Shown here piece by piece: positions 38,582 to 49,460 of a DNA stretch of 64,000 nt. The stretch's first letter is position 1. Each line of letters starts with the position of its first letter. The notes beneath the pieces were generated by a model that saw only the letters and a list, made by a program, of their open reading frames with translations, was not told the DNA's origin and did not search any database. The translations under genes were made by a program, and so were the position numbers. Origin of the DNA: Octopus sinensis (lineage: Eukaryota); contig NC_043006.1 of assembly GCF_006345805.1 (NCBI RefSeq), positions 34,782,001-34,846,000 of the forward strand. The letters run 5' to 3'.

Positions 38582-41500
38582 TCATAGAATCATAGTCAAG
38601 GTGGCTTCGTCATTCATACGTGCCATTCTTGCTACATTCACCATCTTTTTTTAAAACATTCACTAGACAAAACTTGCCTCTCTACTCTCACTTTTTTCTT
38701 CAAGTGATACTTGAAGAAGTTGATGAGAGATTGACCAGAGAGGAAAGTGTTTGTCTCTAATCCTTTCAGACGCGTCCACCAGATACATTCTTTCGCCATA
38801 GCCACAAGTATGATAAAAATAGCTCTTCCTTCCCGTTTGAAGGAAGGAGGCGTGACGATATTAACGATAGACTCGGCTGATAAACCGACACGTCCCACAC
38901 GTGACAGCAGTCGTTCGACATAAGCCCACAGGTGGGAAATTGCTGGACACTGCACGATTGCGTGCAGAGCGGTTTCGTCGCTCTGCCCGCATCTCGGGCA
39001 GGTCGGCCCCGTGTTTCTCGAGCCATGCCTATAGAGCTTATCCCGAACGGGTAGCGCTTCTCGGTAGCACCGCCAGGCCAGGGATCTCTGGAAGTTGTCC
39101 ATAGGTCCCGGGCCGAAAGTCGTTTGAAACAGGCGGGTCAGGTATTCCTCGTCGACGCCCAGGTTTGCCCCGAGCTCGTCGTCGTACCTCCCCTCCACTA
39201 ATCCCCTATAGAATGCTTTGGTTGTGTGTTGAAGTCACTCAAGGTCGACCCGGGACGGCAGAGTTGCTTGAGAGCAACGCGACACTCGCGGTGCCATTCG
39301 CCCTTCTTCGGCCTCTTTTGATCCACGACTGTAGTTCGGTCATGGAGACGAGTTGCGGGAATGCGTGCCTCACAAACGGCGACCACACCTGTTCACCGTC
39401 GTCTACATAGAGCCGGAGATGTCGCAGTCTCAGCGCGTGTCTGCGCATCATCAACCACGGCATGCCCAGCCCTCCTTTTAACGGGTGTTGACAGCAAATG
39501 GATCGCCTGACCATCGGGACGCATCCTTTCCACAAGAAGCGGAAGAGGATGCGTTCTAGTTTGGTGATGGTAGGGTCGGGACAAGGTACGACGGTCAGGC
39601 GGTAGTAGATGATGGACGCGATGTACGCGTTCACCACCTCCGCCCGACCTTTTAGGGACAGTTTCCTCTCGGCCCATTGCTGGGCGAGAGTGACCACCCT
39701 ACTCGTTATCTCGTTCCAGTTCTTCTCCATTTGGAGGTCCGGACCGAACCAGACCCCGAGCAACTCAACCGGGCCGTCTGTCCAGCGTCCCACGACGGAG
39801 GTACTGGTGGACGGCATGGGTTTGCTTCTCCAGGTGCCGAGCCGCAAGCCCACTGACTTTTCCCGGTTGATTTTTGCTCCTGTCACCGCTTCGTAGTCTT
39901 TCAGTGTCTCGCCGACCCGCTCGATGTGCTCGTGCTTGACACTATGACGGCGTGACGTCGTCCGCGTATGCAGACACGCTCGTCCCGCATCCTAATTCTC
40001 GCGGGATGCCCCTCAGAGTCGCCAGCTTCCGCAGTAGTGGCTCAAGAGTCAATACGTATAGAAGCGCCGAGAGGGGGCATCCCTGACGGACCGAACGTGC
40101 AATGTCGAAGGGTCTCGATAGATGTCCATTTACGCGAATTACCGAACGGATGCCTCTGTACAAGGCAGCTATCCAGCCGCGGAAGACGGACCGAAACCAG
40201 CCGCTCTCAGGACTGCCTCCAAGTATCGATGGTCTACCCTATCAAAGGCTTTCGATTGATCCAAGTTGATCAGGGCCCCACCCATGCCAGGTTCGTTAAC
40301 TACCCTGTCTATGATGTAGCGCATCAGATGGAGGTTGTCATGGATGCTCCGGCCCGGCACGGCGCACGTTTGTGCGTTGTCGACCAGTTTCTCCATGACA
40401 AGCGCCAACCTCTTGGCTAACACCTTTGTCAAAATTTCAGGTCTGCATTGAGCAGAGTGATTGGCCTAAAGTTATCTATAATGTTTCCCTTGTTTGGATC
40501 TTTCTTCAGCAGAGTTACAGCTCCTCGACTCACAAAACCGGGTATGCTCCCGTTTTGCTGCCAGTTGCAGTATACCGCTGCCAAGACGTCTCCAAACAAG
40601 TCTGGCATACAATAGTAAAATTCGTAGGGTAGACCATCCAAACCGGTGATTTGTCCCTCGAGCATTCTGCCATCGCTTCCCGCACTTCCGCCGCCGTGAT
40701 GGCACCTTCGCAGCACCCTGCCTTTCTTGTCGAGAGTCGTGGCAGGCTATGTAGGTAGGCACTGAAGTCTACCCTACGTTCTTGCCCTCCACTCGTCCCG
40801 AACAGTCGGGCAAAATGCTGCTGAAAGGCCTCACACATTTTACTTGGCTCGAGCAATTCGCGCCCCTGTTCATCTACCAGTGACCGAATGGTGGCTTTGT
40901 TGCCCTGTTGCGCCTCTGCCACCCGGGCCTCTCTCGCGGCTCCAACACCTTCGTTCCTTAGAGCACGCATCCTAGCTCTGACAGCACATCCTTCGTGTTT
41001 GGCGTTGAAGTGTTGGTCGAGGGCCAACCTCGCCGCCAAAACGTCGGATGCGATGCCGCTTCTAATTGCCTCTTCTAGCTTCTTAACTAGCTCACCCTCT
41101 ACTCTATTTCTATCTATGGCTAGTGCTTTGCTGTACCTAATCGCTTCTGCTTTTACTGCTCTCTTGAGGGCAAACCACCATTTGTTGTTGATGATGGCTC
41201 CCGTCAAAGCCCTCTTTACTAGTGTGCTAATCCGGTCTCTGAAAACTTGTCTGGACGGGAATGATGCGTTCAGTTCCAGTACCCAGGACCCTGTCTATGT
41301 GCCTTATCTAAGTCTAGCGTACACGTCACCAATTTGTGATCCGTGTAGCTGACTGTGTGGAATTGTGGACATCCTAAGTTATCCTTGTCTACTGTCCTAC
41401 ACAGTATCCTATCTAGATACGATCTCGACGACCCACTGCGGTTGCTCCATGTCCACGTTGGTGCATTTGGGTGGTCGAGTCGGTACCTGTCAGACAGTTG

Positions 41501-42016
41501 GAATCGTCTGAGCAGGTCTCTGAGGCATTTGCATCCCCTTCTGTTTCTGTCTCTACCCACGTAGTCTACATGCGTGTCCAAGGTAGCATTCCAATCCCCC
41601 ACTAAGAGTAAAGGACGAGACGTTCCCAAGAATACTTCTAGACGTCGAAAGAAATCCGCCCGACCTGTTAAGGGCGGTGCGTAGACTGATACGAGTCGAA
41701 AAGCGCACCCATTGCTGCCGTCAACATCCAGAACGATCAGTCTACCCTCCGGGTCTACGAATATCGTCTTGACTTCGAGATCCAGGCTCTTGTGAAAAAG
41801 TACCGCGGTGCCACTACCGCCCATCCTCGGCAGACAGGGAGCGAAATAAATGTTAAACTGTCCGCCAAACATGGACTTTAGGGCCCGTGGCTCGTGGAGT
41901 CTGGTCTCACTTATGGCTATGATTCCCAAATCATGTGACTTGATGTCATTTAGGAGGTATCCTTGTTTCCAAGGAGACCCCAAGCCACGCGCATTCACAC
42001 AACCAATCTTGACCAT
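38582..42016 (-). CDS. Tx1-like ORF2 (APE endonuclease, reverse transcriptase, CCHC zinc finger), about 1145 aa when rejoined; frameshifted in this assembly
   Basis: EN: MVKIGCVNARGL, ISETR, LVGDWN, SYLDRI, YTDH. RT: FRPITLLNAD, DQSKAFDRVDH, VRQGCPLS, YADD. C-terminus: CPRCGQSDETALHAIVQC. Confidence 0.88.
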
Positions 42017-42066
42017 GATTCTATTGGGGTGTGTGCTTTAAAACACACAAGTGAAAGTACAGAGAG

Positions 42067-43083
42067 TTACTTACTTGTGTCGAAAGTTTTGGCTTCCTCG
42101 TTCTTTGATGTGTCTTCGAGGAGGTTTCTATATAGTTTTTGGGACAGATATTTCTGGAAACCCCCTACAGCATTTGGGAAGAGGGCTTTGAGTTTGTGGT
42201 GTTGTGTTTGTGTGATGTGTAGTATTTTGATGTGTTTGGGTGGTGTAGTGCGTGGATGATTGCTATTTTTAAAGTCATCTTCACAAATGTTTGTGTATCC
42301 TGTGATGTACTCCATTAGTTTGGAGTCTTTTGTGTCTATCGCTGATAGCATTGTTTTTGTGGTGTTGGTGCTTGTTTGTTGTGTATGGAGTTTTCAGGGT
42401 TCAGGTATCTCCCTGCTTTGTTTGCGATTTCTTGTTTGGTTTTTTTTGATCTTTTTTTTTTACCCCCTGTGGCTATTTGCCATTCTGTCGAACTTTCATC
42501 GTTAGATGAAAAGTCTGACGAATCAGCAGGGGGCAAGGGTAAAGCGTCTGGGTGTGTTTGTGCGGTTGTAGATATTGTTGTGGTGCGCGGGGAGGGTGTT
42601 GCTGGGGGGTTTGTTGTGGTTATTGTCTCTCCTATCCTTCATTGCTTGTCTTCTTGTTTATTCTTGTTGTTATTGTTGTGTTGGAATTGGTTTATTTGTT
42701 GTTGGTGGTGATGATTCTGTTCTTGGCGCTGGTGTTGGTGTTGTTTGGTTGGGTTGGTTTGTTCTTTGTTGTTTTTCCTGCATTTCCGCATACAGCTTCT
42801 TGACTAGCTGTCCATATTGTGGTGTGGGCAATAATCCTGGCTTTTGTGATTTTTCCTGTGGCTGTTGTTGTTGTTGTAATTTTGCGGCAGATTTGCACTC
42901 CTTTTTGAGGTGTGCCTCACTGCCACATGTATAGCATCGTGGCCTTCTGCCCTCGACTACTACGTATAACTTGCGGCCATCCTCAAGATGTACGTGGGTG
43001 GGGATTTTATTTATGTCCTCTTGACTTATGTGGAAGAGGAACTCTATTCTCTTTCCCAGCCAGTCCTTGTTTTCCGAAACACC
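42067..43083 (-). CDS. Tx1-like ORF1, C-terminal part (zinc knuckle and Q/P/T-rich region), 5'-truncated and frameshifted
   Basis: LYVVVEGRRPRCYTCGSEAHLKKEC is a CX2CX4HX4C motif at 42895-42936. The stop codon lies 50 nt upstream of the ORF2 ATG. Confidence 0.8.
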
Positions 43084-43131
<48 letters not shown>

Positions 43132-43214
43132 TGTTTCTTTATTAGCCACACAGGGCTGCACACAGATAGAACAAATTACAAGGTAGAGCTTTTCTTTTGA
43201 AGGTTTAAAAAAAA

Positions 43215-43251
<37 letters not shown>

Positions 43252-43903
43252 TAAAAAATAAAATAAAAATAAAAAAGGGGGGGGTCGATCAAAAGGGATC
43301 GTAAAAGGAGAGAAAGAGGACAAAAAAAGGGGGGGGTTAAAAAAAAGGGGGAGAGGAAAAAAAATTGATCAATAGGGATCGTTATCAAAGAAAGTCAATA
43401 TGAAGTGTAAAGGGGAGGACAGGTGAGGTTTACCCGTGGAAAGAAAAGCCTACGGAAAAGACCACGGTAACCTCGGTCAATGAAGTCACATGTTATATTT
43501 CTTTTTTTTTTTTTGTTGCAAATAAGCTACTCTCTGTATTAATTTTTACGGTTCATAGAATCATAGTCAAGGTGGCTTCGTCATTCATACGTGCCATCCT
43601 TGCTACATTCACCATCTTTTTTAAAACATTCACTAGACAAAACTTGCCTCTCTACTCTCACTTTTTTCTTCAAGTGATACTTGAAGAAGTTGAGAGATTG
43701 ACCAGAGAGAAAAAGTGTTTGTTCTCTAATCCTTTCAGACGCGTCCACCAGATACATTCTTTCGCCATAGCCACAAGTATGATAAAAATAGCTCTTCCTT
43801 CCCGTTTGAAGGAAGGAGGCGTGACGATATTAACGATAGACTCGGCGGATAAACCGACACGTCCCACACGTGACAGCAGTCGTTCGACATAAGCCCACAG
43901 GTG
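43132..43903 (-). mobile_element. Tx1-like copy C (3' about 770 bp) in (GATA)n
   Basis: Very similar to the 3' end of copy B, with a few substitutions and homopolymer differences. Truncated at ..cccacaggtg|gatagatag. Confidence 0.92.
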
Positions 43904-43930
43904 GATAGATAGATAGATAGATAGATAGAC

Positions 43931-44099
43931 AAAGTGAAAGATATATCTGTTTCTTTATTAGCCACACAGGACCGCACACAGACGGGACAAATTACAAGGT
44001 AGAACTTTTCTTTTTGGGGATAAAAAAAGGGGGTTTGGTTTTCGATCAAGAGATCGTAAAAGGAAAGAAAGAGGGAAGCAAAAAAAAGTGGGGGAGACT
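43931..44099 (-). mobile_element. Tx1-related mini-element A' in (GATA)n
   Basis: Near-identical to 37829-37999, including the same 5' break ..gggggagact|gatag. Confidence 0.82.
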
Positions 44100-44174
<75 letters not shown>

Positions 44175-44183
44175 GGATAGATG

Positions 44184-44235
<52 letters not shown>

Positions 44236-44236
44236 T

Positions 44237-44307
44237 GTTTCTTTATTAGCCACACAGGGCTGCACACAGATAGAACAAATTACAAGGTAGAGCTTTTCTT
44301 TTGAAGG

Positions 44308-44341
<34 letters not shown>

Positions 44342-45206
44342 AGGGGGAGGTTCGATCAAAAGGGATCGTAAAAGGAGAGAAAGAGGACAAAAATAAGGGG
44401 GGTTAAAAAAATAAAAAAAATAAAAAAAAGGGGGGGGGAGAGGAAAAAAAATGATCAATAGGGATCGTTATCACAGAAATGTCAATATGAAGTGTAAAGG
44501 GGAGGACAGGTGAGGTTTACCCGTGGAAAGAAAAGCCTGCGGAAAAGACCACGGTAACCTCGGTCAATGAAGTCACATTTTATATTTCTTTTTTTTTTTT
44601 TTTTTTTTTTTTTTTTGCAAATAAGCAACTCTCTGTTTTCGATTTCTGGGTTCATGACTATGCTCAAGGTGGCTTCGTCATTCATACGTGCCATTCTTGC
44701 TACATTCACCCACTCTTTTTTTAAAACATTCGCTAGACAAAACTTGCCTCTCTACTCTCACTTTCCTTTTCAAGTGGTACTTGAAGAAGTTGATGAGAGA
44801 TTGACCAGAGAGGAAAGTGTTTGTCTCCAATCCTTTCAGACGACGTCCACCAGATACATTCTTTCGCATAGCCACAAGGATGATGATAGCTCTTCCTTCC
44901 GTTTGAAGGAAGGAGGCGTGACAATATTGACGATAGACTCAGCTGATAAACCGACTCGTCCCACACGTGACAGCAGTTGTTCGACATAAGCCCACAGGTC
45001 GGAAATTGTTGGACACTGAACGAGTGCGTGCAGAACGGTTTCGTCGCTCTGACCGCATCTCGGGCAGGTCGGCCCCGTGTTTCTCGAGCCGTGTCTGTAG
45101 AGCTTATCCCGAACGGGTAGCGCTTCTCGGTAGCACTGCCAGGCCAGGGATCTCTGGAAGTTGTCCATGGGTCCTGGCCCGAAAGTCGTCCCGAACAGGC
45201 GGGTCA
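44237..45206 (-). mobile_element. Tx1-like copy D (3' about 970 bp, diverged subfamily) in (GATA)n
   Basis: Encodes the same C-terminal zinc finger (CPRCGQSDETVLHALVQC) with more substitutions than copy C. Truncated at ..gggtca|gatagatag. Confidence 0.92.
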
Positions 45207-45479
45207 GATAGATAGATAGATAGATAGAATTTTTCATACGAAAGATGTATTATAAATTATCTCAAATAGCATATCGATGATTTATTGTTTTTTTAACTTC
45301 ATAAAAAATTGTAAAACAAATATGCTATTTTGTCAAATGTAATGGAATTCCGAAAATATTTTGAGAATATTTTTTATCGCAATATGTCCGTCAACAAAAA
45401 GGGTGTGGAAACCAAGGAAAAAGTGGTGGAGGAGACTTTAGAAAATGTACCATATTTTTTCCTTCGTCTTTTACTTATT

Positions 45480-45660
45480 TTAGTTATCAGACTGCGGCCA
45501 AGCTGGGGTACCACCTTCAAAGGTTTTTAGTCAAATAAATCGACCCCAGTAGTTATTTTATAAATAATTATTATAACGGTAACTTTTGCCAGACCGCTAA
45601 GTTACAAAGACATGAACTAATCATAATCGGACTATTGTTAGTGTTGTGGGCAAGGGAGAT
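45480..45660 (-). mobile_element. Diverged composite SINE 3' half
   Basis: gactgcggccaagctggggtaccacc..atcgacccc..ccgctaagttac. Confidence 0.65.
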
Positions 45661-45854
45661 AACTGTTCAGCTTTCGGTATATTAAAAATTATATTATAAC
45701 TATGTAAAGTGTGTGTATTTTCCCTTTTTAATTTCTTATATATATTACAACTCACCACGTGGGCATAATCGAAATTCCTCTTGTCTGTTACTATTTCTTT
45801 TCAGCTCAGAGCTGCGGCTATGCTGATGCACCGCCGTTTTGTGCTACACTGTTA

Positions 45855-48130
45855 TTACGAAGAACCTCTTCTAATATGTGGCACTTGGTGAAGAATGGAG
45901 TTTGATATAGCTACTCTTATTTGCACCTCTTGCCGTGAGGTAGGTTCATCTGGGACTCTCGACAGGAAGATGTCCAGCTTTGATTTAAAAACCGCTACAT
46001 CTACTTTGTGCAAGTTTCCCAGACTCTTTGGGAGAATATTAAAAAGCTGTGGGCCCTTGAAACCCAGGCTGTTGCAGAAGCTAGTCCTGAAGCGTGATGG
46101 CATTGCTGGGATCTTTGGCACTATGCAGTGTCGTCCCGTTCTAGCATTGGCGTAGCTTACAATGTCAAAATTTGACACAATTCCTTCCAGGATCTTCCAG
46201 ACATATATTACTGCATACCTCTCCCGTCTTCTCTCCAGGGAGTAGAGTCTTAGGTGTTTCAACATTTCCTAGTAGCTGAGCTGTTGCAAAGAGACGATCT
46301 TCTTTGTGAATCTTCTCTTGATTGCTTCAAGGTCCGCTGTTAATTTCACACTGGTGGGTGACCATAGCTGTGAACAGTAATCCATGCGGCTGAGGACGAA
46401 TGTCCGCCAGAGAACCATCATGGTTTCCTTATCTCTGGTTCTGAATGTTCTTAGGATTCACCCAGCCAGTCGTCTGCACTTTGTCGCGATCCTGGTAATG
46501 TGCACTTGCAAAGAGGTATCCTCACTCATGTCGATACCCAAGTCCCTCATAGACTTAGGCTCTGGGATTGAAATTCCCTGTGGACCGGTGTATCCTGTAA
46601 GTTTAATATTCAGTTTTGGATGCTGGTAGCGCAGAGCCTGGAATTTTTCCGCATTAAACTGCATATTATTATCCTCAGTCCATCTGTAGATTGAGTCCAA
46701 CTCCTGCTGCAGGTGTGCAACATCGCTGGGGTTCTGTATTTTCTGCGAGACTTTCGTATCGTCTGCATAGCTTGCCAGAGTGGCTATCCGGGCATTTGAG
46801 GGCATATCTGAGAGGGCCACTATAAAAAGCAGTGGTCCCAAGACAGTGCCCTGTGGAACACCACTCACTATTTGTGTGTTCATAGAGGTGGCTCCATTAA
46901 CCACTACTGCCTGACTCCTATCTTTCAGGAAGTCATGTAACAACACTCCAAGTTTTCCAGCTATGCCGAGGTCACGCAGTTTGTGACATATCATACCATG
47001 ATCCACCTTGTCAAAAGCTTTTGCAAAATCAAGGTTGATTACGTCCACATTTGATTTGTTGAGTAACTACCTCAACACCCAGTCATAATGTTGTAAGAGC
47101 TGGGTCAGGCAGTTCCTACCTGGTCGAAAACCATGCTGGGTATCACTCATCAAGTTATTTTCCTCAAGGAATGCGATTAGTTTCTTTCTGACTATTCGTT
47201 CTATGACTTTGCTGGTGTGTGAAGTCAGAGAGATAGGCCTATAGGTTTTGGCATCTGCTCTACTTCCCCCTTTATGTCTTGGGCATATTATTCCCTCCTT
47301 CAGCTTGCTTGGCAGTTTGCCATTTGTAAGAAAGCTCTGGAAGACAATCTTGAGGGGTTTTGCCAGGGCATGCTTACACACTTTGAGGAGGATTGCTGGG
47401 AAACCATCTGGACCAGCAGTTGAGTTTGTGTCCACTTCATCTAAGGCTAGTAGGACATCTTCTTCGCTAATTTCAATACATTCTATTGTAACCGCCTCGC
47501 TGGTTATAGGTGAGACGGCAAAGAAGTCCACTGTTTCGTTCACTTGTTTGTGTTCCAACGGGGTGGTAAAGACACTTTTGAACTGGACATTCAGCATCTC
47601 ACTGATCTTAGTTGGACTGTCTGTGAGGGAGCCATCCTTTTGGAGGAGGGGTCCTATCATGTAGTGTACTGACACTGTTTCGTTCGCGTAATGAAAGAAG
47701 GCCTTTGGGTTTGATTTAATGTTTTTTATAACCGAGCCTTCTTTGTCTGCCTGTCTTGAATCTTGATCCTATTTGTTTTGGCCTTGTGCTCTGGGACATA
47801 TTTCTGGCATACGGCTTGCACAGAAGACATGAAACATTCTAGTTTCATGTCAATGTCTGGTGTGGAGAGACATCCGGATGAGGTCATCTCGGATGTATAC
47901 AGCAACTCCACCATGGCTCCTTTCCCTTCTGTCTGTTCGCAGTATGGAATACTTTGGTATGTGTACTTCTGCGTCCTCTATATCAGGTCTGAGGTGAGTT
48001 TCCACGAGTGCTATGCATAGGGCTTGATTGCATGCAGTAAGATCTCTCAGGAAAGAAATTTTGTTTCTATTTTTATGCAACAGGTCCCCAATATTTAGTA
48101 AAAGTATTGGGGTGACGGCTGTGCAGGCGT
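45855..48130 (-). pseudogene. CR1-like ORF2 (partial APE and RT), with stops, frameshifts and deletions
   Basis: LVETHL, GGVAVYIRDDL, AGPDGFP, YRPISLTS, QHGFRPGR, LDFAKAFDKVDH, GVPQGTVLGPLLF, YADDTK, LYSLERRRER, GPQLFNILP. Confidence 0.9.
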
Positions 48131-49034
48131 TAGGGGAGGCCATCCCGTATCTGTTGACTGTGGTGGTCTTGCATAGTGGTGGGCAGGGTTCCTTCTCTGT
48201 GCTTGGTGTAGCCAGGTTAGTTGCCGGACAATTCTTTGCGCCATGCATAAAAAAGACTCTTGCTCAGCTGCTGCGTTGCGCAGAACATCTGAGGAGCACA
48301 CTTTTCTGAAAGCTTTCCTGGGAGACATTTCTTGTCTTCCCTCAGTAACGCTCTTCTCTTTGAGTCCCCTGAAGTTCTGGCGGGGTGTCGGGTGGGCGAA
48401 CCGGTAGTTTTTGCCGTCCTTCTCATGCCAACATTTGCCCCGGAGGTAGAACTTACAGGTTCTTCGGTGCCTTCCAGATTTCTTCTTTCCTAAAGTGTAC
48501 TGGGTGGCATTGGATCCTCCATGAGGTTCTCTGCTGTTTGTGTGGTGGGTTAGGGTTTCAGCTTTGGTTGTTTTGCCTTTTCTTCCCTTTCCCTCCTTAT
48601 TTTTGTTTTCGGTCCTTCCTTTTTTTCTTCTGTTTTTCTAATTTCTCATTTCTTTGTAAGACCACTGGTACAGGGAGGCTTCCGGTTTCTGCTCCCTTGG
48701 CTACCCTATCGTTCACCGGGGTAGGTGATCCATTTTCCTGAGGAGCCCCTGGATCACAGAGACTTCCGGGTTCCTTCTCTTTTACCTCCTCTTCATCCTC
48801 ATCAGCCTTGCCACAATAATTTTCAATTATGTTATCCAATGTTTTGATGTGTGGTCTTATAAGAATGTAAGACCGGATAAATTCACCTTTTTATCGTTCT
48901 ATTTGGTCAATGGTTCTATGAAATCCATTGCTCTTCAGCGCAGCAGTGATGATGTTGTTCGGCGGATCGCCACTAGCAATCGTCCATGCTCTTAGAAGAA
49001 GATTTAACTCTTTCTTTTCCCACTTTGGCGCCAT
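48095..49034 (-). pseudogene. Putative LINE ORF1 with N-terminal Myb/SANT-like helix motif and degenerate CCCH finger
   Basis: MAPKWEKKELNLLLRAW..ITAALKSNGFHRTIDQIER*, continuing in frame into the 48597-48839 ORF. CKFYLRGKCWHEKDGKNYRFAH at 48392-48457. Confidence 0.55.
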
Positions 49035-49059
49035 CTTCGTTTTGAAGTCCAGAGGGGGA

Positions 49060-49460
49060 GTAGAGGCTAGAGAGGTAATGATGGATAGAGAGAGGTAGAG
49101 ACGGAGAAACACAGAGTGGGGGGAAATAGGGAAAGAGAGAGGGAGATATGAAGGAGAGACAGGATGAAGGATGTGAGAGAGGGGGAGAGATGGAGTGAGA
49201 AGAATGGGCGAATGAGAAGTATATGAGAGTGAGGGTGAGGTGACGAGAGGAGAGGTAGATGTGAGATGGAAAGGAAAGAGAAATGAGAGAAGAGGATGAT
49301 ATGAAAGGGAAGGAGAGAGATGAGAAAAAGAGTAAGATATGCAAGAGAGAGGGAAAGGGTAAGTGTAAAGAGAGATAAAGGAAGGGAGAAAGGAGCTGGA
49401 AGTGGGGGAATATATGTAAGGAAGGAGAGAGGGGGTAGAAGAGAGTGAGGAAATGAAAGA
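49060..49460. repeat. GA-rich low-complexity tract, possibly the LINE 5' UTR
   Basis: Direct reading. It lies immediately upstream of the putative ORF1 on the minus strand. Confidence 0.6.

Larger units (their letters stand above)
38151..43083 (-). mobile_element. Tx1/L1-clade non-LTR retrotransposon copy B, about 4.9 kb, 5'-truncated within ORF1, inserted in (GATA)n
   Basis: ORF1 with CCHC knuckle, ORF2 with APE, RT and C-terminal zinc finger, and a 3' UTR ending AATAAAGAAACA directly into (TATC)n. Confidence 0.93.
45790..49060 (-). mobile_element. CR1-like LINE, decayed and internally deleted
   Basis: ORF1-like region, APE N-terminus, RT and C-terminal domain are collinear, followed by a short 3' UTR. 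Confidence 0.88.

Noticed and set aside
38901-42934. Plus-strand ORFs within the Tx1-like element (also 46384-48741 in the CR1)
   Set aside because: Antisense shadows of the GC-rich minus-strand coding frames.
43132-43903. Copy C as a pure assembly duplication of the 3' end of copy B
   Set aside because: C differs from B by several substitutions outside homopolymers (e.g. gcaactc/gctactc, tgccattc/tgccatcc, cggctgat/cggcggat) and has its own truncation junction. Not fully excluded without reads.
37690-45228. Repeat-spacer (CRISPR-like) reading of the GATA-separated array, or of the 9.7-kb minisatellite
   Set aside because: Eukaryotic context. The intervening pieces are homologous retrotransposon 3' ends of unequal length, there are no cas genes, and the minisatellite has no unique spacers.
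38000-45228. Target-site duplications for the Tx1-like copies
   Set aside because: Cannot be defined inside a perfect tetranucleotide repeat.
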